A stretch of 63,502 nt of DNA, the filler included, from Welwitschia mirabilis (Eukaryota), in assembly GCA_051453625.1 (NCBI GenBank). It is 5 parts of one record of this genome, joined end to end, with 100 filler letters (N's around TTAATTAATTAA, not from the genome) between each part and the next. Parts side by side here need not be neighbours in the genome. Positions count along the whole stretch, not along the records: positions 42,762 to 52,312 come from JBOZIK010000001.1; positions 52,413 to 56,173 come from JBOZIK010000001.1; positions 56,274 to 63,502 come from JBOZIK010000001.1; 2 more parts are not named here. One strand, written 5' to 3'. A program made the translations under genes and the position numbers. Under the pieces are notes generated by a model, which searched no databases, had not been told where the DNA came from, and saw only the letters and a program-made list of their open reading frames with translations. The first letter of the stretch is position 1. Each line of letters starts with the position of its first letter. Shown here piece by piece: positions 50,521 to 63,502 of the stretch.

Positions 50521-52312
50521 TGTTGTGATGCGAATTTATGCAATGTTTCACGCCTTGATCTAAATCCTATTAATTACAAATAAGATACACAAACATAGCA
50601 TGCTAGTANNNNNNNNNNNNNNNNNNNNNNNNNNNNNNNNNNNNNNNNNNNNNNNNNNNNNNNNNNNNNNNNNNNNNNNNNNNNNNNNNNNNNNNNNNNN
50701 NNNNNNNNNNNNNNNNNNNNNNNNNNNNNNNNNNNNNNNNNNNNNNNNNNNNNNNNNNNNNNNNNNNNNNNNNNNNNNNNNNNNNNNNNNNNNNNNNNNN
50801 NNNNNNNNNNNNNNNNNNNNNNNNNNNNNNNNNNNNNNNNNNNNNNNNNNNNNNNNNNNNNNNNNNNNNNNNNNNNNNNNNNNNNNNNNNNNNNNNNNNN
50901 NNNNNNNNNNNNNNNNNNNNNNNNNNNNNNNNNNNNNNNNNNNNNNNNNNNNNNNNNNNNNNNNNNNNNNNNNNNNNNNNNNNNNNNNNNNNNNNNNNNN
51001 NNNNNNNNNNNNNNNNNNNNNNNNNNNNNNNNNNNATCTTCTGTCATGAGTATATTAGGTACTGTAAAAGATGATTAGGAATTAAGGGAAAGACCTTTAT
51101 TTATAGACAGAAAAGAAAGGAAAAGTGACAGAGAAGTATAGGAGAAACCCTAGCTAACATGCAAAGTAAAGTTGTAATATAGTAGCGACAACTCGGAAAA
51201 ACATTCGATAAAAGTATGAGAGAATAGTATCATCTTTCTAGTCAGTCAGATGAAGGAGAAGCTGATAATGAGGTATCTGTTTAGCTCCTAGTCTAACTAC
51301 TCATCAACTACATGTAAACTTATTATCGCCTTGTTTGAGATGTCATCTTCTATTGATATCCGGATGATTAGGTGACGAGCTTATGTCAATCTTCAGTCAG
51401 TTTAATCACTTCTTATTTACAGGAATTATTATCTAAAAATACAATTTATCCATATCTGTACTAAATGCTTGTAATTTATTTGGAAACTGCATGTTTTCAT
51501 TCTCTTCATCTCAGTTCTTGATTATCATAATAATTAAGTATTTATCTATTAATTCATGTGTAAAACAACTCAAAATACCTTATTAAATACACATAAGTTA
51601 GCAACGCAACATAGACCTCCACTTAGCTTTATCAATCCCTGATAAAAATAGGTGGTAAACCATATTTATGAGCCAACTTTTAGACAATAAAAATAGCTAG
51701 GATATTTAAAGAAAGAATCTAAAAAAGATTTCAAGCATATTACAAAGGTAGACTGAATTTCTAAAAATTCAAAAACTCAATAAAAATACCTATGAAGCAT
51801 CAGAAAAATTGGTTGTCCTTTATGTTGTTCGAACGATAATGGGGACAACAGGCTCTTCAAAAGATTTTTAAAACTAGAACCTGTGATAGAAATCAAATAT
51901 TTTTTAATTTAATAATACTAATAATCAGCCTCTCATTTTGATAAATAGTAAAATATAAAGATAATCTTATGAAAATTAAGGGATCCTATTTAGTAACTGG
52001 CTTGAGAGGAGGATCTGTAATAATGTTTCTTATAATTGAAAAAATTTGTATCATAAATACTAAATCATAAGTACTGAAAATATATGTATCCTGCCCCCTC
52101 ACTTAAAATGTGCAATGCATCCCAAATTGCCAAAACTAATGAAAAGGGAAAATACTAAGGAAAAATAAAAATGTGAAAATGACTAGAAAATAGAAGACAT
52201 GAAAATAGAAGAAAAGTAGAGGAAAAATGAATGCAAAAAACAAGGAGAAGAATGACCTAGCTTAAGTACTAACTTAGCAAACTCCAAAGGAAAACATCGT
52301 AACATCACCTGA
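50521..52312 (-). mobile_element. Athila element G: 3' LTR (50521-51611), PPT, 3' UTR
   Basis: TGTTGTGA...ACGCAACA, PPT complement TAGACCTCCACTTAGC. LTR of the same subfamily as F and H. Confidence 0.85.
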
Positions 52313-52412
52313 NNNNNNNNNNNNNNNNNNNNNNNNNNNNNNNNNNNNNNNNNNNNTTAATTAATTAANNNNNNNNNNNNNNNNNNNNNNNNNNNNNNNN
52401 NNNNNNNNNNNN

Positions 52413-52721
52413 AACCCCTTTCCATTTACTTCAAGAACCCCAGTTTTTAAGGTTACAAGTCTGGTCGACCCCATCAAAATTTGATCAACCCCTCTAGATG
52501 TAGTTCTTTTTTCTATCTGTTTTAGATGCAGTTGATTCCTTAAAAATCTAGTCTAGACATCTTGCGGGTAAGTAAACTAATAGGTTTCTAGTACTCAACA
52601 GTTGACCATTTTAGTTCCATCTTTTGATCTATAAGTGATTTATCATCTTCTGCACAAAATACATAAAATTTGCTATACAGAAACATTAGTTTGATATTAA
52701 CTAGTAAAACATAATCAAACA
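52413..52721 (-). repeat. SIRE LTR 5' end (C2 family)
   Basis: Reverse complement begins TGTTTGATTATGTTTTA and aligns with ~30910-31215. Confidence 0.85.
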
Positions 52722-55600
52722 ACATTACCTTGAGAAGTATACTCTAGAAATCTCTCTATTGTTTCTTTTTAAACTTCATGTGGTACAAAAACTAACATCT
52801 TTTTCTCTTTTACAAAGTCAACTTTATCTTGTGCTTTTAATAATTACTCTTTCAAAAAATAAGTCTTGGGATTTTTTGGAACTCTAAATTATGGTAAACT
52901 TTATTTTCTTGATTAAATTCATGCTTATAATTAAAAGTTAAGGATCTTCTTAAGTATGTTAAACCTATCTTAATCAATCACCCTAAGAAGTTTCTTCAAA
53001 AGCATTAGATACCAAATTACACAATTAATGTCTTCCTTGTTCAATATTAAGATTTGAATGAAATATATGTTTTAAATTTTATAAATAATAAGTTTGCTAA
53101 AAGATTTTTTTTTCCTTTTTTGCAAAATATATGAATTTCTTATCTCTTATATTGCTACTAAATCTTATGAAGAAAAAATTCCATTTGGTTAGGTTAATTG
53201 GAAAAAATCTTATTTCTTTATTAAAAATCCATATCTTGAGTTAAATGATATAAAGCTTTTTAATCTCACTAGGAATTCTAAAGAGCCCTAAAAATTATCT
53301 TGGATACTTTATTTGAGTACTTCTTTACATGCATTATATGATGATAGTCATGATTTATGTCATTTTAATAAGAGATTTATTCTCAGTAAGATTTATTACT
53401 TTTTATCTATTATTTAAAATCTAAAATTTGTGCTATCAAAGTTTTATTCTGTTATTGTTTTTAGCTCTAGTTGATTTTACTAAAAAATGATTATAAACCT
53501 TTTATGTTTTATCAATTAGTGAATATTTAATTTGATCTTTATCTTTCCAAGAGAATGCAATATTTTAGAACCATCATCTTAGAAATGAATCTTTCTTTTT
53601 TTAAAAAAAATAAGGTGTTTAATAGAATTTAGAATTTAAATAAAACTTATTTTTAGTTTGATTTAGTTTTTTCCTTTTGATTTTATGTTGTTATGATTAT
53701 GTCTTTGGTTTTTATTTCAATAAATTAAACTCTAGATAAGTAGATACTTATCTTTTAGAGAAAATACATTTTTAATGGTTAAGTTAATATTTTCATTTTA
53801 AACACTATAAAAATTCAAAAAAAAAAAAACAAAGGTTACAAATTCGTAAATTATCAAACTATCTTAAACATGATATAAGTACTTATTTTGAAAGTTCTCC
53901 TACCATTATTTGAATTTATTTTTAGCTTATTATGTTGGTGGATGTAATGCTATTACTTGAACATCTTTTAAACTTGACTAATGTTTAACTTTACCCAATT
54001 TCCATGACTAATAATTTTTACTTAGACATTAAAGTGATAATATTATATTCACCCAATATTAATACATTCAAATATCTATGAAATTCTTTTTAAAAACAAA
54101 AATGCTTTATTTTTTAATGTTTTCTCTCAATGGTATGAGTGTTTGGTTGTTTAGAGATTTTCTTTTTTATTTTTCATCTCAATTCTTCATATTATTCTTC
54201 ACAAGTATGTGGTCATTTGAGATTTATCTTGAAAAAGTATTTAAAAAATAAAATAAAGAACAATGGCCATGATCTATTGTTTTTATGCTAAATACATGGT
54301 TACCATGATGTCTTACTTCACCAGGGTAAATCTCCTTAAGAGGGACCTTTGGTAGTAATGATAGCTATAAGAACTCCACTAGGGATTTGTTAGGCATGCT
54401 TCATGAATCCCTACTTCTTTAACTATGGTTATACTACCCTTATTATAGAATAATAATAATTCTTTGAAACTATAAAATAGTAGTATTCCTGATGTCATCA
54501 AAGAAATCACTTGTTTCTTAGACTCATTGAGCCTATAATGTTTCCATATGATCATCTTACTTTTATGGATTTGGATGTGTTTTGGGATATTATTAGGTAA
54601 GCCCATTTTTATGTAGCTTTTGATCTTATCATTTATTATTTAAAAATGTTAGTTACTTAGCATTGTCATAATTACTACTAATTCAAGTGGTACTTTATGG
54701 AGTTTTTGCATTATGTCATGCATCATTAATCAGGTAATTCTATAATGTCTTCCATGAGGATTTACTAAGCTTGAATTTAGGGTAGGTATACAGTCTTATT
54801 CATGTTCCTAGTTGTCCATTTCTGTTTTATTTTCTTTACTTATTTTCTTTGGAATTTCAAAGTCATTTCCTTAATTTTTCATCACAAATTTTTAGAACTT
54901 GATCATTTAGTATATTTCTTATTAACTTTTATTTTTATTTATAGTTTTTCTTTTTATAAGTTAATTTTATTTTTGTAAATAAATAAATTTCCTTAGTTTA
55001 GGATGCTAATTTTCCCCATTTATTATTTTGAATCTTTTCAAGTTTAGTTTTCTTGAATTTTTATTTTAAGTTTTGATGCATCTAGTAATATGTTTTAATA
55101 ATTATGGGTTCATGGCACATTTATCTTCCTTAACTTAGTACATTTATCTCCTTTATCATGCCTTGATTTATTATGATTCTTAGCCATTTACTACATTTTT
55201 AATTCTCTCATTGCTTTTTAAAACCTACTTGATGGTATCTAAGATTAACTTATTCTTCTTATACTTTGAATTTTTTAATCTTTTGCAAAGCCTTGTCATA
55301 CACACTGTCATCTAGAGGACAAGTGGATAACATGCAGATATTTTTTTAAATGATCATTATTTTCATATTTCAACTTTTTTAGCTTAAATTTGACCCTTAT
55401 TTTCATGCACAAAATATTATTCCTAGCCTACCTCTATTACTTAATTTTATCTAAACTTGCATATTGATCTTTTTCATCTTATCTTAATGCAATAAGGACA
55501 TATTGATTTACTTGTGGAGGGGAAAAGACATTTATTTTGATATACTTAAGCAAAATTTTAATTTTTTTAAGGGTTATTTGATATTATCATGAGACATATC
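52722..55600 (+). mobile_element. Internal region of a gag-pol-less Athila-like element (unknown ORF tail plus 3' UTR)
   Basis: LKVKDLLKYVKPILI at 52931 matches LKVKEFLRYINPILV of ORF 59413..59748. UTR homologous to 330-2300. Right end uncertain. Confidence 0.7.
54304..54447 (+). ncRNA. Candidate structured RNA element, copy 5 (decayed)
   Basis: Aligns with 1595-1749 with small deletions. Confidence 0.4.
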
Positions 55601-55979
55601 TGTAGTGTACTAATATAATTCTAAATTCCTATTATTTGACTGATATATATTAGGGATGATATTTACTAAAACATGTACTTAATAATAGAATATTTATAAA
55701 TTGTTTCCCTTGTAGGAATCATACAAGCAATTAATAAGATAATGGAAGAAGAAAATAATGTTATGATTGATTAGTTTTAATATATTTTGCTTGTAGATTA
55801 TTCTTAAAAATGCAATGTTTGGTTTATAAATATAGTTTTTGAGTTATTATTTTTTTGATGGTATATACACATCATTTATCTAAACTACTATGATTATATC
55901 TTATGATGATTCTTTTGTTTTAAATTCAATCCTTATTTTTTCAATGTTCTAAATATTTTTAGTGAGGGATTAATGCATA

Positions 55980-56173
55980 GGTAAGTTGTTTGATCTTATT
56001 TTTTGATAAGCATGATTGCAAGTAATTAATTTTATAGATTGATTTTTAAGAGGTTAACATCCCCATAATTATTTGGATGATAGTTTAGACAATACAATCT
56101 TCCAAGCATCTTCTAGAGTTTGGTTTAAGAGGTTGCCTCCACAAGAGAAATCTACGAGCTATTTTATGTGACT
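55980..56173 (-). pseudogene. gag: Athila gag fragment
   Basis: LVDFSCGGNLLNQTLEDAWK, homologous to the gag of A1, B and A+. Left extent uncertain. Confidence 0.7.
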
Positions 56174-56273
56174 NNNNNNNNNNNNNNNNNNNNNNNNNNN
56201 NNNNNNNNNNNNNNNNNTTAATTAATTAANNNNNNNNNNNNNNNNNNNNNNNNNNNNNNNNNNNNNNNNNNNN

Positions 56274-56935
56274 AAGATGATTAGGGATTGAGGGGAATAC
56301 CTTTATTTATAGACAAAAAGGAAAAGTAAACTGACAAAAAGGTAAAGTAAGAACTATAGCTAACATGCAAGAGAAAGTCGCAGATAACAAGCAATAACTT
56401 GGGAATACATTCTATAAAACTATAAGAGGACAGTGTCATCCTTATGGTCATCCAGACGATGGAGGAGACAATAGGGTTTTATAATGAGTTACCTATTTAG
56501 CTTTCAGTTTAACTATCTGTGATCCTGATGCAAAGTCCTATCAACTGGTTCTGAAGATGTCATCCACTAGTATTGTCTGGACGATGTGATGGNNNNNNNN
56601 NNNNNNNNNNNNNNNNNNNNNNNNNNNNNNNNNNNNNNNNNNNNNNNNNNNNNNNNNNNNNNNNNNNNNNNNNNNNNNNNNNNNNNNNNNNNNNNNNNNN
56701 NNNNNNNNNNNNNNNNNNNNNNNNNNNNNNNNNNNNNNTTTGCAGGGATAATCATCTGAAAATACAATTTATCCATATTTACATGAAATCCTCATGAATT
56801 ATTTGATAAAATACATGTTTTCGTCTTGTGCTCTTGGATTCTCAATCATCATAGGAACTAGGCATTTATCTGTTAGTTTATCTACAAAACAACTCAAAAT
56901 ACTCTATCAAATACACATAAGTTGGTGTCGCAACA
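56274..56935 (-). repeat. Athila LTR H (5' or solo LTR) inserted inside the 3' LTR of E
   Basis: Ends GGTGTCGCAACA with no PPT after it. The following AGGACGATGG... matches mid-LTR sequence at ~63390. Confidence 0.8.
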
Positions 56936-58151
56936 AGGACGATGGTTTTCTTTAATGATTTTCTTGAGAAGAGACTTAGCATTTTAAACATGAATCCTTC
57001 TTCAAAGATCTATTTATCAAAAAGTGCCTTTAATGCATTTAATTTGTATAATGATCGTACTTTTCTGAGATTTTCTCTTGTATCTCTAAAATCTTTAGAA
57101 TTGCAACTAAACTTGTATAAAAGCTCTACAAAAAAACTCATAAAACCCCATTAAATAACTATAAATTAGTAGTGCAACATAGCCTCTCACTTAGCCTTTT
57201 TAAGTCCTTGACAAAAACCAAGAAAAAAAACTATAATTGCAATCTAATTTATTTTTCAAAAGATAAATTTGAAAATCATAAAACAGGCTCATAAAATACA
57301 TAACATAGATAAATGACAAGCAATGCATAATGTGTATGAAATTTTGAAAATTTTATGTCATCAAAGCTTTAAAAATTTTGACAAATAAGCCATGCGAATG
57401 GGTCTCTTCCTCCCCCTCCCCAAAGTAAAAGCAATACATCCCATATTGGAGAATAAAGCAAAGAAAGTAAATAGGAGTAGGAAGGTAGGTAATGAAAATG
57501 AGGAAAACTTTTAAAACAAAATTCAAAGCTACGTAATGTCAGTTTTGAAAACTATAGAAATATGAAATATTCTGACAAGTAAAGAAAGGAGTGAATAATA
57601 AAAATGTCTTGTCACAAAAAGAACATAAGAAACACTTACAACACCAAAATATAAAGAAATTAAAACACAAATTTATTGAGAAAATACTTATCTAAACAAG
57701 AAATTATCTTTTATTAAAAACTTAAAAAAATAAAAGAAAATATAGTAATGACTTTGAAATAACTAATAAAAACACAAAAGAAAATAAGAAAAATGGACAT
57801 AAGATAACGTACACAAAAGATAGCTTACCAATATGATATTTTAGCCTAGTAGACTCCTATAAAAGTAATCATAATATTACTTGATGTTGAAAATGCATAA
57901 CTTAATGTATAAAAATTTCATTCGAGAAGGTATTGATTATGACGATGCTAAAGTAAAATGATTTAAATAATGAATGATAAAGAATTGCTTAAAAATAAAC
58001 TCTCCTATTATCATCTCAAAACAAATACCTAAATCTCAAGAAATAAAATGATCATGTGAAAAGACTAAAAATCTATGAAACAAGCAATATCTTTGATGAT
58101 ACCAAGAACACCACTGATCATAGCCTCGAAGTTTAAATATATTTTATTATC

Positions 58152-58306
58152 CATGATGAGGGAAGTGCAACCACGATTAGAGAAGTAAGGATCCACGAAG
58201 CATGGCCAAGTAACCTTCCAGTGGAGTTTCCACAGCTACCATATTATACTGTCAAAGGCTCCTCTCGAAAATATTTACCTTGGTGTACTTACGGTAGAAC
58301 ATCATG
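58152..58306 (-). ncRNA. Candidate structured RNA element, copy 6
   Basis: Perfect CATGATG/CATCATG closing stem and GTGGA-AAC-TCCAC hairpin. Confidence 0.5.
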
Positions 58307-59149
58307 ATGACCATGTTTTTGAGATATGATAAATATAAAATTTTATGGTCTTTATTCTAGTTTTTTTAAATAAAATAAAACAACATTTTACATGACCAAT
58401 CATTTCAAAAGACAAATCCAAAAGTCATAAGATAAAGATAGAAAAGAACACTCTTAAATAATCTAAAATATTTTCACCATTGAGAAAAACATAAAAAATA
58501 AAGAATCTTCCTTTAAATTGAAGTTTATAAACTTGTGAATGTTCTAATATTAGGTGAATTCAATCTTACCACAAAATTCCTAAGCTAAAAGACTAGTCAT
58601 GGAAATAAATACATTAGTCAAGTTTGAAAGATGATCAAGTAATGCCATAATACTCTTTCAAATGAAAAAGCTAAGAGAAAATTTAGATGATTTGCTTGTG
58701 TAATTCTAAAATTTTCCCATCGATTTCTTAAAAGTCTCAAGAAGTCAAGTCAAAAATCTCAATAGAGTCATAAAAATGTATTTTCTCAAAATAACAAAAA
58801 ATAAAAATTATCATTTTATTGACTATCGTCCTACTCATCATCTAGATGACATAGAGGATGACATACACAGGAAAAAGAAGTAGAACACAAAAAATTTAAA
58901 AAAAATTGGAAAACTATCAAAACCAATTATCATCCATCTTATCATGGAGACAACATAAGAGATGACATATTATTAGTAGGGAACACAAAATGTTGTAAAC
59001 TAAAACAAAATCCAAAAAATAGAAGATGAAAATAAAGAAAATAAAAATTAAAAATTAAAAGTACCATGAAAACCAAAAAGAAAAATCAAAGCCAATAAAG
59101 TTTTATTTAATTTCTAAAATATAACTCACAATTTTATTGAAAAAGAAAT

Positions 59150-61876
59150 CAAGAAAGCAAAAGAAATATGGTTTCAAGATTTTCATAAAAATGAGGTCCA
59201 AACCAAGTATTCACCAATTAATAAACGATAAAATGTATGTATGCAATCATTTTTTAGTAAAATCATTTGGAAGTAAAGATAATAAAAATATACTACCTTG
59301 ATAGAAAAATTTTTAGAATTTATATAAGAGATAAAAGAATGATAAGTGTCATTGAAAATTGATCTCTTATTAGAATTTTAGGCATCATTATGAAAGGAAT
59401 GTTAAAAGGGACTCAAAGAAAGTTTCTAATATAATTTTGAAGGATATCTAAAATTTTTTCTACCATTTGCTTTAGAACATGAATTCTCAAGGAGAAAATA
59501 ATGTTTACATGACAACTTGTTCCACAAGCATTAATGTAAGAGATAAAAAATTCATACAACTCATGGCAAAATAATCTCTTTTTAAACTCATAATGTGAAG
59601 GATTTAAAACATAAATTGTATTCAGATCTTGATATTGAACATGGAAGGCTTTATTTAATATACAAGGATTTGTAAGAGACTTCTTAACATAAGAGACTAG
59701 GATAGGATTTATGTACCTAAGAAACTCTTTGACTTTTAATTCAAACATTAATTAGAATCAAGAAGATATGGTTTTCTCCAATTAATAATTCCAAGACATT
59801 CCAAATTTTATTTTCAAAAAGAATGATTAATGGAAGCACATGGTAAAGTTAACTTTGCGAATGAAGAAAATATATTACTTTTTGTATATGAAGTTATCAA
59901 GGGAAGAGGTTGGAAGATTTTTAAACTCTAGATGAGGTGATTTATTCTTTTCAAGGATAAGAATGTGATTTAAAGAACTATTTGTTTGAATAATTTTTTC
60001 TTTGATTATATCTCCATCTTCTTCATGAATGATTATTTTATCTTCTTCTTTTTCATTTTGTTGAGAATCATTATTATTTTCTAAGATGGTGGATTCTTCA
60101 AAAATATCATTAGAAAGATTGTAAAAAGAAGAGCTCTTATTATTTAATAAAATATATTCTAATGCTTCTTGGCTTGATTCCTTTTTCTCTCTAAATAACT
60201 CCATTAGCTCAAAATTTTAATCCTCATCTGAGTTAAGTTGATCATTTTCCATTGTCTTAATGCTCATCTCCATTAATTTTAGAAGTTGAATCTCATAGAT
60301 TGGTGGAACTCCTTCATCCTTATAAAATATGTGAAACCTTGGGATATGATCTAAAATCTCAATTTCATCTTCCTCTTCTTCTTCACTATTCTCATCATCT
60401 TCTTGTATATTGTTGNNNNNNNNNNNNNNNNNNNNNNNNNNNNNNNNNNNNNNNNNNNNNNNNNNNNNNNNNNNNNNNNNNNNNNNNNNNNNNNNNNNNN
60501 NNNNNNNNNNNNNNNCTTCTTCACTATTCTCATCATCTTCTTGTAGATTCTTGTTTTCATTAGAAGGGAAAATGTGGTAATCCTTTTTATCATAGTTTTA
60601 CTCATGAAAATACTCCTCGCCATTATCATCCAAATAGCCATCCTTATCTTCATTATTAAAAGATGTAGTTAAGTTGATATTATCTCCTCTTTGCTTATCT
60701 CCTAATGAGTAGAATGATGAAGTTTGATCTAAAATTTTATTTTCAATTTGAAAGCAAGAATCATAGTCATTCATTCCTAAGTTGTTTTCATTTCCCTTAA
60801 GGTAGGGTAAATTAGCATAGTTTTGAGGATTTTAAATTTGAATAAAAGCAAGCAAAGTTTTTGTAAGTTTATTGAATTCTTCATTGCACTTTTTTATTAT
60901 GTTTCTTAATTCTTCAAATGAATCATTTTCTTCTTTGTAGTAGTTCATGGGAGATGGATGGAATGGGTAAACGTGATTAGATGAGGATTAATCCCTAAGA
61001 GTTTCTTTATTAGTTTTATATGGATTTTGAAAAGAAAAGGGGGAATAATAAGGTGGTTGAAAAGAGGAATGGACCCTATCCATAATCTCAACATTTTTTT
61101 GTGTTTGTCTTTGAAAAGAGGAATGGACCCTATCCATAATCTCAACATTTTTTTGTGTTTGTCTTCCTTTTTCTTCAAATAGCTCTCTAAGTGTTTTCTC
61201 ATTATTTTTCTTAGATTCTCTTCTCCTTCTCTCANNNNNNNNNNNNNNNNNNNNNNNNNNNNNNNNNNNNNNNNNNNNNNNNNNNNNNNNNNNNNNNNNN
61301 NNNNNNNNNNNNNNNNNNNNNNNNNNNNNNNNNNAAGAAAAGGGGGAATAATAAGGTGGTTGAAAAGAGGAATGGACCCTATCCATAATCTCAACATTTT
61401 TTTGTGTTTCTCTTCCTTTTTCTTCAAAAAGCTCTCTAAGTGTTTTCTCATTATTTTTCTTAGATTCTCTTCTCCTTCTCTCAGTAATAGGTTCTCCAAG
61501 TATTTTCTTATTATCGTTCTCAGATTCTCATCTCCTTCTTTCAACAATAATTTCTTCAACTATTTTCTTATTATCATTCTTAGATTCTCTTCTCCTTCAC
61601 TTATAATAAGTTTCCCAACTGTTTTATTACTATCTTCCTTAGGGTAGTTTTTACACCTTCCAAGATTTTTTATATGGATGATTCTATCACTATNNNNNNN
61701 NNNNNNNNNNNNNNNNNNNNNNNNNNNNNNNNNNNNNNNNNNNNNNNNNNNNNNNNNNNNNNNNNNNNNNNNNNNNNNNNNNNNNNNNNNNNNCCAACTG
61801 TTTTATTACTAACTTCCTTAGGGTAGTTTTTACACCTTCCAAGATTTTTTATATGGATGATTCTATCACTATTCAT
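59150..61876 (-). pseudogene. Long unknown acidic ORF remnant of element E
   Basis: One frame reads through ~61600-60520 with only a few TAA/TGA stops, then ORFs 59875..60204 and 59413..59748 follow. The C-terminal part is conserved in two other copies. Confidence 0.55.
61441..61645 (-). repeat. 60-bp tandem repeat, 3 units plus a degenerate partial one
   Basis: Units starting at 61441, 61501 and 61561 align in register (TTTTCTTATTAT..TTCTTAGATTCTCTTCTCCTTC). Confidence 0.85.
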
Positions 61877-63502
61877 TTTTTTAAAAGAAGAATGGGAGGA
61901 AGACAATCTTTAGGTCAAGATAAAGATAGATGCTAAAAGATGATAAAAATAAAATAATCTCAAAAAAATAATGTATTCACCTAGATTTTTTATTCTTTTC
62001 CTTCTTAAATAATTTCTTCTGTCAATAGCCCTTTTTTCTCTAATAAGCATTTTTTTAGACCAATAATGTCATAATACCTATAAATAGAAAATGATAGAAA
62101 ACAAATTAAAAAATAATAGACTATCATCCTATCTATCATGGCGATGGCAAAAGGGACAACTTACACAAAAACTTGAAAAATAGAAACAGAATCAAACCAA
62201 AACAAAAAAATAAAGAAATACAAAAAACAGTCTTGTTATCCAACTAGTTGTTCCTACATCATAAAAGATGATAGAAACTACTTTATTTTAGAAAAATTGC
62301 AATCCAAAAAACCAAAATAAAAAATAAAAATATGACACTGTCATACTGACTATCATGGGGAGACAGAGAAGACAACGATACTATATTATAGAAAATTAAA
62401 ACCAAAAAAATAAAACTAAAAAATAGCACACAGAAAATCTATAGCTCCTAATAAAATACAAGACTGAATAGATAAATAATCGAATAGAGGTCTGATACAC
62501 TCACCTAAACAACGACAACCCTAGTACTCCTAAATACTCTTCCTTAGTAATGATGCTAATTTATTACTATGTGTATTTATGTAAGCTTTTATGTTCAAAA
62601 AGATCCTGTCATTAATAATCAAAATAAATATTTTACACAATACATCACACTAGTATAATGGGAGTTAACCTAAAATGTTGTATTCTCATTGAAGTCTATA
62701 AGTATGAGACTCAAGTTACTTTTTAAATGAATAGGAATTGAAATAAATAATGATGCAAGGAAATAGATTACAATGCAAAATGAAATATGCAATCTAAACT
62801 AACATGCAATGAAAAAAAACCCTAAATCTACTTACTTTCATTCTTAACAAAGGCTTCTCTTGATAATCTATATCATCTAAGAAACTATCATCAGATTAAG
62901 GGCAACATATACTATAAGGGTCATAGGAAAATCTACAATGCAAATATGAAAACAAAATAAAGGTTTATATTAAAAAAAATAACAATCATATGGGTTACAA
63001 TACAGTCGAGTCTCAATAGAGGATACATAGCCCTCCATCAAGTGCTTGTCTTTCTACAACACATGTAAATGGATCTTTCACCCTTCGATCTCCTATTTTG
63101 AGAATGTCTAGTGTAATGAAGATGAGAAGGAGAGTTGAAGGAGAACTTATATATAGGAAATTATAGCAAAAAAGGATAAATAGTAGGTGCAGTGAGGTGC
63201 ACTTACTAAGGACTCAGAAATAAACAAAATAGTTATGGGAATCTGTCAGTGATATTTATATGTCAATGTCATCTGGGACATCATCTGAATGACATAGGGG
63301 ATGATAGTATATTATAAAATATCTTCGAAATGATGACTTAGCAGTCCACATTAGTAGTAGTCATCTTGCCTGTCATGTGGACGACAGAAGAACGACAGTC
63401 TTCTTTGATGATTTTCTTGAGGAGAAGCTTAGCATTTTATTATGAATCCTTCTTCAAAGCTCTATTCATCAGAAATTTCCTTTAATACATTAAATTTGGA
63501 TC

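Larger units (their letters stand above)
56936..63502 (-). mobile_element. Athila-like element E without recognisable gag-pol: 5' LTR (62562 to window end), PBS, unknown ORF, 3' UTR, PPT, partial 3' LTR (56936-57179)
   Basis: LTR homology between 56940-57050 and 63390-63500; PBS TAGCATCATTACTAAGGA (62541-62558); PPT complement at 57180; ~5.4 kb internal region with no PR/RT/INT motif visible. Confidence 0.8.

Noticed and set aside
40143-56935. Pairing LTR H with F or G as one full-length element
   Set aside because: Flanks do not form a TSD (CTTAT or AACCA versus AGGAC), and synthetic linkers separate them.
58152-58306. Hammerhead, HDV-like or twister identity for the conserved RNA element
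   Set aside because: ATGATGAG and GAAAC lie on opposite strands, and I could not build the HDV P2/P1.1 or twister cores consistently across copies.
61032-61483. Apparent ~150-200-bp duplication and ~52-bp internal repeat in the E ORF
   Set aside because: It straddles a 100-N gap with only about two differences, so it is probably an overlap or haplotype artefact. Only the diverged 60-bp units were kept.
7144-63502. Excess of minus-strand Athila insertions (about 9 versus 4)
   Set aside because: Small numbers, and contig orientation across the linkers is uncertain.

Overview
Very AT-rich, gapped draft plant genomic DNA that, outside the N gaps, is essentially all nested and decayed LTR retrotransposons. 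I see no host gene, tRNA, rRNA or CRISPR array. There are about 13 Ty3/gypsy Athila-type elements or fragments (tRNA-Asp PBS, TGTT...AACA LTRs) and three Ty1/copia SIRE-type pieces (tRNA-iMet PBS, multiple AAAGGGGGAG PPTs, env-like ORF), nested up to four deep. All are riddled with C>T/G>A changes. The most interesting signals are: (1) a ~155-nt GC-richer element found six times in Athila 3' internal regions that folds by eye into a conserved multi-helix RNA; (2) a three-copy Athila-derived family carrying a long unknown acidic ORF instead of gag-pol; (3) dispersed ~40-bp dyad motifs in Athila LTRs/UTRs; (4) a SIRE derivative that lost INT-RT-RH but kept an unusually open env-like ORF. TTAATTAATTAA inserts, gap-flank duplications and N-spanning ORFs are assembly artefacts. 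All alignments, translations and folds were done by eye. LTR termini and PBS/PPT coordinates are near exact, and domain boundaries are approximate.
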